64,000 nt of DNA from Eledone cirrhosa (taxonomy: Eukaryota), in the NCBI GenBank assembly GCA_964016885.1, contig OZ024742.1, positions 250,170,001 through 250,234,000 of the forward strand, read 5' to 3'. Made by a program: the position numbers and the translations under genes. The notes beneath the pieces are model-generated. The model had not been told where the DNA came from. It worked only from the letters and a program-made list of their open reading frames with translations, and searched no databases. This document shows, one piece after another, positions 26,002 to 40,443 of this stretch; positions within the stretch are counted from its first letter, which is position 1, and each line of letters begins with the position of its first letter.

Positions 26002-26005
<4 letters not shown>
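25490..26005 (+). mobile_element. pLTR-like element with hammerhead at 25848-25934 (core CTGGCGA)
   Basis: ACCTT-CTGGCGA-long stem II-GAAA-CCGATTCGG-TA-AAGGT; homologous to 44850-45385. Confidence 0.7.
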
Positions 26006-26052
<47 letters not shown>

Positions 26053-26994
26053 TATGTGTGTGGATATGTACGCTATGTTGGAGATAGAAGAGTGAAGATA
26101 TATACAGACAACGCCCACACACCCAGAAACAGCTACCAGTTCCCTCCCCCTTGCTTCTGATAGAACAAGGTAGATCGCGTCAGTCATCACCTTTAAAATT
26201 CATCGCTAAAGCCTTTCAAATGTTTATTCGTAAACATATCGCATATACATATATAAAGAGAAAGAAAGAGAGAGAGGGGGGGGGGAGACCGAGAAAGAGA
26301 GAGTGAGAGAAAAAAATATATATATAAAAGGTTCTGTTTTTTTTTCTGACAGAAAAATGGTTGTCATTTTTACTGAATTATACAGGAATCCAATGACAAT
26401 TATTAGTTTTATTGTCAGAAAGAATATTTGACATAGAAGAAATAGGAATTACAATAGAATATAAAAAAAAAAAGATACCACATGATTATTTGCTCCACCA
26501 CCCCATCATTACTTGATACACCACCACTACCATATGAGTACTTCAAGCATCACTACAGCATCCACCAACAACACCTATCTCTCTTTTCGTTACCCCAACC
26601 AGCAACAGATGTAGCACCACCACCAACAACACAACCCCGCACCCCCATTACCATCACCACCACCAACACCATTGCCATAACCAACGTCACCACCACCACT
26701 ATCACCATTATAACAAGTAATAACAACAACACTCGCACTACTTAAACAAATACCGACATCGTCATAACCATCATCACCAGTGAATTTCTGTAATGCCGTA
26801 CCACCATCAAGAAATAACAACAAAATTTCACTCAAATCAGACATTGCCATCTTACATTAGAAAACTACATAATATCTGCAATAAAGATGGGATAGACAAG
26901 GCTTAAATTCATTTTTTATAAAGCTGCGCTTTGAGCCATTAACGCAAGGAACCAAAACAACTCTTACCGTATATATATATGCATATGTGTGTGA

Positions 26995-27076
<82 letters not shown>

Positions 27077-27799
27077 ATATGTGTGTGTGTGTATACGTGT
27101 GCGTGCACAAACGCACACACAAACTACACACACACAGACACAGATGCATTATAAAGAAAAGAGACCGTTATAAATGTACATCCTCTGTTTATTATATAAT
27201 CCTCGTATATGTATTTCAAAAACATCAAAGCGATTGCATAATAACCCATTGACCTGTTTTCTTCAGACAGGTTGGGGTGCTTTTGCTCTTAATATGCTAC
27301 TGGAGTTATGAGCCTGGTGGTTGCAGTCCACTCCTATAGTCATATCAGAGGATGTTCATTTAAAACCGGCTCTCTTCTTTATAATATCGACCTTATTACT
27401 AATATTTTAAGGAATTCAAGTTGTAGAGAGATTTACGTCTGGTTACGACCAAAGTTGGATTATCTGATCAACCAACTTTCCTAAATCGAATAATATAACG
27501 GGTATGATTTAAACTTTGTCTTTCGTCTTTTAATCGTTTGGACAGTGTTTGTCTTATGTCAGACGCTGTGACACCTGTAGAACCAGCAGTACCGTTAGTA
27601 GGGGTCGAAACTGCCTAAATCCATCTTAACGGCTGATGACCATAGTGTTTTATGTCCTTCATTTGTATATTTTCTTTTTAAATGTTTTTTTAAATGTTTC
27701 CCCTTAAAAAAATATTTTTGTTTTGTTTTGTTTTGTTTTCGTTCGTTGTCTTGTCCTTTCTTTGTTAATTTTCTTATGTTATATATATATATATATTAT

Positions 27800-27965
27800 A
27801 CATGGTAACTGCCACTTCTTTACAGAACAGGCTTATCTCTTCAACAAATACCATACCGAGTCAATTCCATTGCCATCAACCCAGTTCGACGTTCAGGATT
27901 ACTGGCACCCTGCAGTCATTAAGTGTTCTTATGTTCCAAGTACCGACATTCATTCTGTACTTTTT
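27800..27965 (-). mobile_element. RTE LINE AP-endonuclease N-terminal fragment
   Basis: Minus strand MNVGTWNIRTLND / GASNPERRTGLMAMELTRYGI, matching the GTWNVRTL...PERRTAL motif. Confidence 0.8.
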
Positions 27966-28589
27966 GTGTTAGTATCTCTTGGGTTTTTTCCCTCCTATAA
28001 TGAACAACCGCAAACCGCAGGCTGCTGGACAGTTTGAAGACTAATACGATGCCTCTTTTTTTCTGGAGATATGGTCAAATTTGGACCTTGAAACCTTGGA
28101 TAGCGATTTTGTTCCGTGTATGAATATAAATAAATGATATGATATATCTATTTTCTTCTCGATTGAGCACTGTATATCTTTGACCGGCCACCTTCCTACT
28201 GACGAGGTTGTAAGAAAAGGAAGATGTCGTCATCCCTTGTTTAAACCACCATCCTTTAAACCTTAAAAATGTTTTGCAAATTTTCAAGGTTCCAGAAATC
28301 ATGAACATTCGTAGTTTATTGATTACGGAACTACATTCTTTCTACACAAGTTATTATACTCTACACAAGTTCAGTTATACTTTGGTCAAGTTAGGTTATT
28401 ATATAACCTGTAGCTTCAATAATAACGGGTATCAAGCTGAACATGTATATTGGTAATAGATCTGCAAACTCCACTTCAAGGGTCTATAGATATCCTCCTT
28501 CTCTTGCATTTTTCTTACCTCACTGGTATCAAGTGTGTCGCTCACTTGTAAAAAAATAGTATGCTTTTGATAGGTAGTCCGAAATAATA

Positions 28590-28768
28590 ATTGTTTCTAC
28601 TTTTGGCACGGGGCCAGCAAATGATCCCAGTGTATTACTGGTACTTTATTTTATCGACCCTGTAAGAATGAAAGGCAAAGTTAACCTCGGCTGGATTTGA
28701 ACTCAGATCAAAAAGGGAGGTAACTCTATGCTTCAAAGCATGGCGTCCAACCTTCTACCGATACTGCC
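28590..28768 (-). mobile_element. SINE with TSD
   Basis: TSD CCGAAATAATAAT at 28579-28591 and 28768-28780. Confidence 0.92.
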
Positions 28769-29304
28769 CGAAATAATAATATCAGGCCGGTTGTGCTTTA
28801 ATTTAGTGGGTTTTTTTCCTTTTTTTAGGTTCCACCAGTGTTCCTTTCATCCATCAGTCCTTGCATATTCCTCGCTATTTGATTTTTGTTTTCCGTAATG
28901 CATTCGATGTCGTTCTATCTATCACATCTTGCCTACGATAAAACATTCTTTTATAGTTGGTAATAATGTGGTTTACATCTTCGGTCTTTCATTTTCACAG
29001 CCTACATTTATTGTCAATTGATGAAGTTCTGCTATTGTGCAGTAGTGTGCATGTATGTATGGATGTATGGGTGAATTGAGGGATGATTGGATGCATGTAG
29101 TGACTAACCAGTCAATGAAATATTGTCTAGTTCTTTCGTTCACAAGTTATGTCTCTTTCACTTGCAGAACCTCGAATGGATGTTGCCTCATGGTCCCAAC
29201 GAACAAAAATGAAAAAATCATTACTCCGCAGGATAGTAAGTGATGAGATGAAATAACCAAACCGACTTAATAGTGTAAAGGGGAGTTCATTATTACAGCT
29301 AGCC

Positions 29305-29492
29305 GGCGGTGGATTGGCAGTATCAGTAGAGGGTCGGGCACCATGGTTTGACGCATAGAGTTACGGCCCTTGCCATTCTGAGTTCAAATCCCGCCGAGGT
29401 TAACTTTGCCTGTCATCCTTACGGGCTCGATAAAATAAAGTACCAGTAATATACTGGGTAATTGCTGGCCTTGTGCCAAAAATAGAAACAAT
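29305..29492 (+). mobile_element. Full-length SINE (short variant) with 16-bp TSD
   Basis: TSD ATTATTACAGCTAGCC at 29289-29304 and 29491-29506. Confidence 0.93.
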
Positions 29493-29559
29493 TATTACAG
29501 CTAGCCAACTCCCTCCTGATAATAGGGATTTCAGTGGGTGTTCGGGTAACCAGGAGAGT

Positions 29560-29657
29560 TCTAGCACTACACGTTCAACAAGAATCCAGAGCTCATTCTT
29601 GCGGGTGGTCAGCTCGGTCCCGATAGCAATTAGTAGGAAGACATGCCTCCTGTGACC
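29560..29657 (-). mobile_element. Possible CRE-clade LINE remnant
   Basis: Minus strand LLIAIGTELTTRKNE is similar to LLTTIGTELVTRRCE at ~57868-57912. Confidence 0.4.
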
Positions 29658-29775
29658 TTAATAGAAACACCGTGTCACACATGTTCATGTACTAGTTGAT
29701 GATAACGATTGTTGGAAACGGAAACATCGATGATGTGAAGCCTATGAGTATGTGTATGAATGTGTGTATGAGTAT

Positions 29776-29841
<66 letters not shown>

Positions 29842-31434
29842 ATGTGTGTTTGTGTGTGTATGTGTGAATGTGTATGTAAGAGTGTATTTGTGTATGTGAG
29901 TTTATTTATGTGTATGTGTGTGTGCGAGTATGCATGTATGTAATTGAATATACGTGTGTACTCAGTGTATGTATGTGTATGTGGGGATATGTCTTTCGGT
30001 TCTCATATGTGAGTGTGAAAGAGAGAAAGGGTGTGTATGTATGTATGCATGTATCTCTCTGTGTGTGCATGTTTATATGTGATGTGCGTGGGGATGTGTG
30101 TGGTGTGCGTAGGGATGTATGTGTGTATCTAAAGATTGTTTGTATGTGAGATGTGTCTGGGGATGTGTGTGTATGTTAATTCGTTGTAGTTGTCTGTCAT
30201 TCCATATCATATCTAAGATGAAGAGAATGTTTTTAACTCGAGGGAATTTTAACCGACGACAGCAGTGGTGTGAGAGAGGGAACGTGTGTGACATGGGATA
30301 AGTTAATGTTAGAGAGGGGTATAAAAGGAGAGCGACATAGAGATAGGATGTAGAGAAAGGAAGAGAGATACACACAAGCAAAAAAGGACGGAGAGATCGA
30401 GAAAGAGGGTGAGTGATTTCAACTAACGATAGCAATGGTGTTTGTGAGGGAGAGAGAGATAAGATAAGATAACGTGGCAAAGAAACAGAGGGAGAGAGAG
30501 GGTCTGAGAGGGAGAGACAGAAAAAGAGAAGGAATGAAAGAGAGACAAGTGTCGTGTGAATGACGACAAGAAAGTTGTTATAATGGGAAATAGTGAGAAA
30601 GACCGAATGTGGGAAATAGTAAAAAAAAAAAAAAGCAGGGGGGTGGCAATGTGGGACATATTGAAATAGAAGGAAAATAAGAAAGAAAGAGATAAGAAAT
30701 GTCGAAGAAGAATAAAGGAATTGAAGAAGGATGAAGACTATTAAAAGTCTGGTCTGGTCTCTTCCCCATCTTATTGCTGAGTATCGGATATCATCGGATA
30801 TATGGACAATAGCACCAGTGCTCATTTATATTATACCATACGTTCATGAGTCTCATCGAGAAAAATATGACATAGGTGTGTTCCGAAGCCTCGTTGGCTT
30901 ATTACTCTTGAGCTAGCTACTGAGCCGCAGCTCATATACCCTCACCATGAAGATGAAGTTGTTGGCCACTAGAAACGTTGCCAATAAAGTGACTAAGGAA
31001 TCCCATCTCCAGCGGTTTTGAAATCAGAATAATCCTTCTTCTATACAGAATGTGAACCGTGGTTAACGAGCTCTGTCTACCAGATTTTTTTTACACACTT
31101 TTAGATGTTTTTCGTCCGGCATGGTATCCCAAAATTAACCTCATTACCAAGCAAACTTGGTGAGGTTGCCGATATAGCCATCAACCACCCGATCATGTGA
31201 CAGGTTGTACTGCGTTACATGTTACTATTGGCGCTCCAGAGCTACCTATAACATTATTTATCCTCCTTCAATAAATTCGAAGGATAATAAGTAATATTGA
31301 AGGCGAAAGGAGAATATTGAAGAAGAATGGAATTTATTGAAGGAGAATAAAGAATATTGAATAACGGATAGAATGACGGATAGAGCTTATACTATATATT
31401 GTCTATAGTATTGAATATATATTAAGAAAAAGAT

Positions 31435-31502
<68 letters not shown>

Positions 31503-31513
31503 AATATATACCA

Positions 31514-31551
<38 letters not shown>

Positions 31552-31824
31552 GTGTGTTATTCAATAATTTCAATAACTTTGTGGATTACTAGAGGTGACA
31601 CCAATATTATCAACCAATGCTAAGTGTTTAATTTAACACACACAGACACCAATCATGCACAAACCTCACATAGGTTAAATACGTATATGTATGTAAATAT
31701 GTATAAACATGCAATACTGTATGCCTTCCGGGGAGTAGATTGATGCTGTATTTTTGTCTATAATGGAAAATATACAAATAACGACGTGGAATCGATGATC
31801 ATTGAAACTAACGTAATTGGTCAA

Positions 31825-32900
31825 TCTATATATATAAAACTGTGGTTGTCTGTCTGTCTATCGATATTTGGCACACGTCTCCTCTTAGAATCTCTCACGG
31901 AATTGCACCGAAATTGCTATACTTGTACATTGAGCCCTAGCGAAGACATCGGAAAAAAATATTTCAAATTGACCCGCCCTATCTGACGAAATCGAATATA
32001 ATGTATCGATTTTTGAGCGTAAGTGATCAGTTATTTCCCTTTGTTCTGTTTACATTGAGCGTCTGCGTGCAAAAATTAAAAAAATTACGCTGGCTTTCTC
32101 AGCGTTTAAAATGACATTAACACACTGCAAAATTCATCAGTTCGAACACTAAGCTTCCGTTTTGCTTCATTTCCATTTAAAAGCCTTTTAAAACAATATT
32201 TTTACTTGAAAACAAGTCTATTTAAAGACTACGTAAAACAAGCAAATATTTCGTAAAAAAAAGCAAAAATTATATAAGTTTATTTAAAATATATGTATCT
32301 GTAAATTTCGTTAGGCGTGCAGACAGACTTTAAGCCAAAAAAGAAACTTAACATTGTAACTTTAACACAGCTACTGAGCGACCCCGAGCAACGCCGGGCT
32401 GTATCTGTAAATTTCGTTAGGCGTGCAGACAGACAGTCGTGCAGACAGATAGTCGTGCAGAGAGGTGATATACGCGTGCAGACAGACAGTCGTGCAGACA
32501 GGTGATATACGCGTGCAGACAGATAGTCGTGCAGAGAGGTGATATAGGCGTGCAGACAGACAGTCGTGCAGGTGATATAGGCGTGCAGACAGACATAACT
32601 GATAATTTGGTTACGCTAATGTTTTTCTCTGCGTTGCAGTGTTTACATTTTCGATCTTTGTTAATAAATAACCAGTGCAGTTTTTATCCCCAGCATCCTC
32701 TTTTGTTATAACATTCGGGTTATCGTTATGTTTTCTTAACTTCATAAGGCATATTGTTGGTTGAGGGAATATTAATCAAAAACACCACATGCAAGTCTGC
32801 ACAGTAGACATTACAGTTTTTAAGCCAAAAAAGAAACTTAACATTGTAACTTTAACACAGCTACTGAGCGACCCCGAGCAACGCCGGGCTTTACTGCTAG
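31825..32900 (+). mobile_element. Complete non-autonomous Helitron
   Basis: A|TCTATATATATAAAACTG...GTCTGTCTGTC 5' end; CCCGAGCAACGCCGGG hairpin + CTTTACTGCTAG|T 3' end; internal GTGCAGACAGACAGTC subrepeats at 32420-32595. Confidence 0.92.
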
Positions 32901-32952
32901 TAATCAATAAAAAGATCCATGTGAAAATTCTTCATGCTATAATTTATATATA

Positions 32953-33758
<806 letters not shown>

Positions 33759-33807
33759 ACACGTGAATATATATACATATTCAAGTCCAGCAGTTGCAAG
33801 CGTGGGA

Positions 33808-33860
33808 GGGACCTTCCTGATGAAGACCAGTCAAGTCTGAAAAGCATAGAAAGTTGTCCC
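33808..33860 (+). ncRNA. Minimal type I hammerhead in dispersed repeat 33780-34018
   Basis: ACCTTC-CTGATGA-AGAC CAGTCAA GTCT-GAAA-AGCA-TA-GAAAGT. Confidence 0.7.
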
Positions 33861-34015
33861 CCCTTGCTTCTGCTGGATACCACCAGAGGGCGTGAGCTTC
33901 AGCTCAGTGTTTGCATAGCTACGGCTTCCTAAATGTTTACCTAGTAAACATGTGTTACTTTAAAAATACGAAATTTTTATATATATCTGTATACAGCTAT
34001 GCTTGAAGTTTAATC

Positions 34016-34087
<72 letters not shown>

Positions 34088-34235
34088 TTATACTTTGGTA
34101 GGGTCATGTTGCCAATAAGAAACACACGCACCAGTTGCTTTCACTTCAATTTATTATAATACATTTATAAATTTAGGAATTTATAAATTTTCGGTTGGTT
34201 GGTTGGTTCCACAACAAGATGATTGTTTATATATT

Positions 34236-34278
34236 GTCAAAGTTCTTTCGTCACACATTCTGTGACCTCTTCAGTGAC
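34236..34278 (-). ncRNA. Intact minimal hammerhead in the inverted pLTR
   Basis: Minus strand: GTCA-CTGAAGA-GGTCACAGAATGTGTGAC-GAAA-GAACTT-TGAC. Confidence 0.8.
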
Positions 34279-34870
34279 TGGGGATTCTTTTCTTTGTTTT
34301 TGTGCCTCTCCTTTGTTCTGTCCTACGCCATCCTGTTTTTGTGTGTGTTGTGTGCTTAGTTTCCGCATGTGTTACATCCGGGTGTCTGTGTGTGTTTATA
34401 TTTGTTTATTTATTTGTTTATTTACATGTTATTGGTTGGTTGTTTGTTCTATGTACGTGTGTGTTTTCATTTTTTTCTTAATTGTAAGGTGTGATGTTGC
34501 TGTTCCATTCGTGTTTTCTATTTAATTTTGGTTGGAGTTCATTTATGTGTATTGCCTCTGTGATTTGTCTAAACATTGCGTCTTTTCTGTGTGTAGATTC
34601 TATTTTTATTTCTATGTTCTCTAATTTACCCTTATGTTCTATTTTAGCATGTTGGTAGAGTACAGATGATTCTTTACTATCTTGAAGGTCTCGCCAGTGT
34701 TCATTTATCCGTTCCCCTATACTACGAGCTATCTCACCTATGTACACTATATTCTTATCTCTACATTGTCCTTCAGTACATCTTTTGCTATATACTACAT
34801 TTCTAGTTTTACAGTTAATATGGGGGCTTAATTTACAGATTATACATTTCTTATCTATACAGGGAGGTCT

Positions 34871-35929
34871 TTGGAAAGCATCCAGCAAATAGCTAACTCC
34901 ATCCACCAGAGTATTAGAGTTACTATAGACTACCCAAGCAAACACCCCAACCATCGATTACCTGTACTAGACACAGAGCTCTGGTTAGAAACCATTAATA
35001 ACAAAAAACAAATCCTCCATTCCCATTATGCCAAACCCATGACTTCCAAATATCTGATCCACCGAAAATCAGCTGTTTCGGACCATACCAAAATCAACAT
35101 ACTGATTGCGGATTTGATACGGGTGATGAGAAACGTGTCCCGCATGTGCAACCCCAAAGAACTAGAGAGACACATACAACACTTCATCCACCGTATGCAG
35201 TTCTCTGGTTACAATCAGAGAGATAAAACCAGAGTATATAGAGGAGCCAGAACCAAATGGGAAAAAATGGGAAATAATGACTCAAATGGGACCTGCCCCT
35301 TGCATAGGAGCAACTTTTGGAATAGAATAGAAAGAACTAGGAATAAGGTTAATAGAATAATCTCATGGTATGATAGCAATAAATACCAGAGTGTAATGTT
35401 CATCGATAAAACCCCTAGAGGTGAATTAGCTTACAAATTTAGAAGGGGCCTAGATAAACATAAACTCAATATTAAGATAGTAGAAAGACCAAGTACCTCC
35501 ATAAAAAAACTTATTAGCAATACATACCCTTTTCAAAGACCTGCCTGTATAGATAAGAAATGTATAATCTGTAAATTAAGCCCACATATTAACTGTAAAA
35601 CTAGAAATGTAGTATATAGCATAAGATGTACTGAAGGACAATGTAGAGATAAGAATATAGTGTACATAGGTGAGATAGCTCGTAGTATAGGGGAACGGAT
35701 AAATGAACACTGGCGAGACCTTCAAGATAGTAAAGAATCATCTGTACTCTACCAACATGCTAAAATAGAACATAAGGGTAAATTAGAGAACATAGAAATA
35801 AAAATAGAATCTACACACAGAAAAGACGCAATGTTTAGACAAATCACAGAGGCAATACACATAAATGAACTCCAACCAAAATTAAATAGAAAACATGAAT
35901 GGAACAGCAACATCACACCTTACAATTAA
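34871..35929 (+). CDS. Uninterrupted C-terminal part of the PLE ORF: RT thumb, Cys-rich linker, GIY-YIG endonuclease
   Basis: 352 codons: LPVLDTELW...HYAKPM...MQFSGY...CIDKKCIICK...CKTRNVVYSIRC...YIGEIARS.GERINEH...RQITEAIHI...LNRKHEW. The 5' end is the inversion junction, not a native start. Confidence 0.85.
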   Translation: MESIQQIANSIHQSIRVTIDYPSKHPNHRLPVLDTELWLETINNKKQILHSHYAKPMTSKYLIHRKSAVSDHTKINILIADLIRVMRNVSRMCNPKELERHIQHFIHRMQFSGYNQRDKTRVYRGARTKWEKMGNNDSNGTCPLHRSNFWNRIERTRNKVNRIISWYDSNKYQSVMFIDKTPRGELAYKFRRGLDKHKLNIKIVERPSTSIKKLISNTYPFQRPACIDKKCIICKLSPHINCKTRNVVYSIRCTEGQCRDKNIVYIGEIARSIGERINEHWRDLQDSKESSVLYQHAKIEHKGKLENIEIKIESTHRKDAMFRQITEAIHINELQPKLNRKHEWNSNITPYN

Positions 35930-36128
35930 GAAAAAAATGAAAACACACACGTACATAGAACAAACAACCAACCAATAACATGTAAATAAACAAATAAATA
36001 AACAAATATAAACACACACAGACACCCGGATGTAACACATGCGGAAACTAAGCACACAACACACACAAAAACAGGATGGCGTAGGACAGAACAAAGGAGA
36101 GGCACAAAAACAAAGAAAAGAATCCCCA

Positions 36129-36171
36129 ATCACTGAAGAGGTCACAGAATGTGTGACGAAAGAACTTTGAC
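36129..36171 (+). ncRNA. Minimal hammerhead in the 3' pLTR
   Basis: ATCA-CTGAAGA-GGTCACAGAATGTGTGAC-GAAA-GAACTT-TGAC. Confidence 0.8.
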
Positions 36172-36379
36172 AATATATAAACAATCATCTTGTTGTGGAA
36201 CCAACCAACCAACCGAAAATTTATAAATTCCTAAATTTATAAATGTATTATAATAAATTGAAGTGAAAGCAACTGGTGCGTGTGTTTCTTACTGGCAACA
36301 TGACCCTCCCAAAGTATAACAATATCGGTTTCAACACACGTTTTCAGATAAAGAATCTTGCTAAATAAATTCAGAAACG

Positions 36380-36422
<43 letters not shown>

Positions 36423-36499
36423 AAGAACGCACTAACATATATAGAAATATTACAAACAAGTCATATACACACACATGGACAATTTACCGTTCTCATTTC

Positions 36500-36900
36500 T
36501 GGTAAATAATTGTTTAGAATCAAGGCGCAAGGCAAACAGTTTTATGGGGAGACTAAGTCGGTTATATCAACCCCAAAACTTAACTTGTACTTCTTTTGAT
36601 CGATGTGACAAAGTTCATCTCGAGAGGATTTCAACACAAAAATTAAGGAAGAGGAACAAATGCTGCGAATGAGTGCGATTGCGCTGTCGTCACACATGTA
36701 GATAATGGTTTCGGATTTAGGATCAAGTCAAACAATTTGGAGAGAGAGTAATGTCAATTAAACTGGCCCTAGTGCGTTATTTTATTGATCCCGTAAGAAG
36801 GAAAGACAAAGCTTAACTCGGTGGGAACGGAACTCAGAACGTAAAGGGATGTAACTTTATGCCATAAAGCATGATGTCAGACGCTCTACCGATACCGCCA
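36500..36900 (-). mobile_element. Two diverged SINE copies
   Basis: ~36503-36685 is old; ~36705-36900 has TSD CATGTAGATAAT on both sides. Confidence 0.75.
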
Positions 36901-37122
36901 AATTTCATGTAGATAATAACATGGCTAGGTGGATAAGAAGTTCGTTTCGCATCTCGGTGGATTTATATCGATTGCGATCCACGATTGCGCTTAACAATGC
37001 CTTGTGTGTAGAAATTATGAAACTATATTGCATTCTGAGGCACAAATCTATATAATGGTCAGAACCTCAGTAAGGGAAGGAAAACAATTAAAAAGAATTC
37101 GGCTCCAACGCACACAGGCATG

Positions 37123-37190
<68 letters not shown>

Positions 37191-37275
37191 AGAAGTTATA
37201 TTTAAATTGTTGGGATACAACAAGCAAATATTTTTATAACTGATATAGAGCACTCAACAAATTATTGGAGTAAAA

Positions 37276-37707
37276 ATACGATACATTAAAAAATGGAAAC
37301 TATATTTATAAAACCATATTTATTTCATTACACATATTTCAAGGACACCAAGTCAAATTATGGTGCGCTTTCATCAGATAAAATATAATGTAGATTAGTT
37401 TTATAAATAAATATTGACATACCCTTAAAGAATGCGACCATTTCTGTTGGAAGCTATCCGGGAGCTTCCAACAGAAATGGTCGCATTCTTTAAGTCAATA
37501 TTTATGTCAATATGTATGTCAATATGGTCGCATTCTTTAAGTCAATATTTATGTCAATATGTATGTCAATATTTATTTATAAAACTGATCTATATTATAT
37601 TTTATCTGATGAAAGCACACCATAATTTGACTTGGTGTCCTTGAAATATGTATAATGAAATAAATATGGTTTTATAAATATAGTTTCCATTTGTTAATAT
37701 ATCGTAT
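37276..37707. mobile_element. Fold-back element (~180-bp arms), each arm with a hammerhead
   Basis: 37276-37455 is inverted against 37463-37707 (right arm has a ~46-bp internal duplication). HHR on + at 37598-37662 (TATTTTAT-CTGATGA-AAGCACACCA...TGGTGTCCTT-GAAA-TATGTA-TA-ATGAAATA); mirror at 37321-37385. Confidence 0.85.
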
Positions 37708-37787
37708 ATATATATATATATATATATATGACGGCGATGAATTTGTTTTGCGAGGTTTTTTTATATGAAATCGTATGTCGTAACAAA

Positions 37788-37860
37788 TATTGTTATACTT
37801 GGGGAGGGTCACATTGTTGTAATAATATTGCCAGAAATAATAACAGAACACACTCATTGT
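37788..37860. repeat. Short repeat related to the family A pLTR end
   Basis: GTTATACTTGGGGAGGGTCA.ATTGTT...ATATTGCCAGAAATAATAACAGAACACACTCA; also at 59090-59152 and partially at 7815-7855. Confidence 0.7.
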
Positions 37861-37966
37861 TTGGTTGGTTTTCGCGTCTGCATCTTTTATATCTCCATAG
37901 TTAATATATTGGGCAATCAGTGTTTATCATTGACTGGCCAACGGTTAAAAACACATATATACACAC

Positions 37967-39735
<1,769 letters not shown>

Positions 39736-39845
39736 CACACTGATGATGCCAATGGCTGTCCGCGGCTCTTAGGCATATGTTTTCTGCTAGTCAGACTGGT
39801 GATCCGACAAAACATATATTGTTTGTTCTGATTTGTGATATGATG

Positions 39846-39889
<44 letters not shown>

Positions 39890-40154
39890 TGTCGGCCATA
39901 TTTCTTTGTGTATGTTGGCGTGTATGGCTGTTGGAGTGCATTGGTAGGACTACCTTGTGCGTATATATACACGTATATTGATGTACGCACGCGTGAGTGT
40001 GTGTAACAATGCATATGTTTCTGCGTGCCCGCATGCGCGCGTGTTGCTATGTGAGAAGTACATTCAAAGTCTAGTTTTTGTAAACAGGAAGCTGAATGGA
40101 ATATATGTGTATAGGCACCTATCTATCTATCTATATAATCTATATATCTATTTA

Positions 40155-40204
<50 letters not shown>

Positions 40205-40365
40205 CACATACAAAATTCCCTCTCTCCCATCCTTCCTCTTATTTCTTACTCTCGGCTCATGTAATGTGAAGGTGTTGGTGGTCTGATGAGGATGAAGAGG
40301 AAAATGTTGTTTCTTGTCCACATGAGGTTCCAGGAGGTCGTATTTTAATTGTTTTCTCTTCCTGA

Positions 40366-40443
<78 letters not shown>

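Larger units (their letters stand above)
34087..36382 (+). mobile_element. Young Penelope-like element (family A), 5'-truncated, with ~790-bp inverted arms
   Basis: 34087-34873 is inverted against 35534-36320 with about 7 mismatches seen by eye; extra ~60-nt tail at 36321-36382; (TA)n on both sides. Confidence 0.95.

Noticed and set aside
30073-30825. 250-aa hydrophobic ORF
   Set aside because: Antisense of GA-rich low-complexity sequence; no domain motif.
36325-36352. Second hammerhead on the minus strand of the family A tail (CTGAAAACGTGTGTTGAAA)
   Set aside because: Core lacks the GA of CTGANGA, and stems I/III do not pair convincingly.
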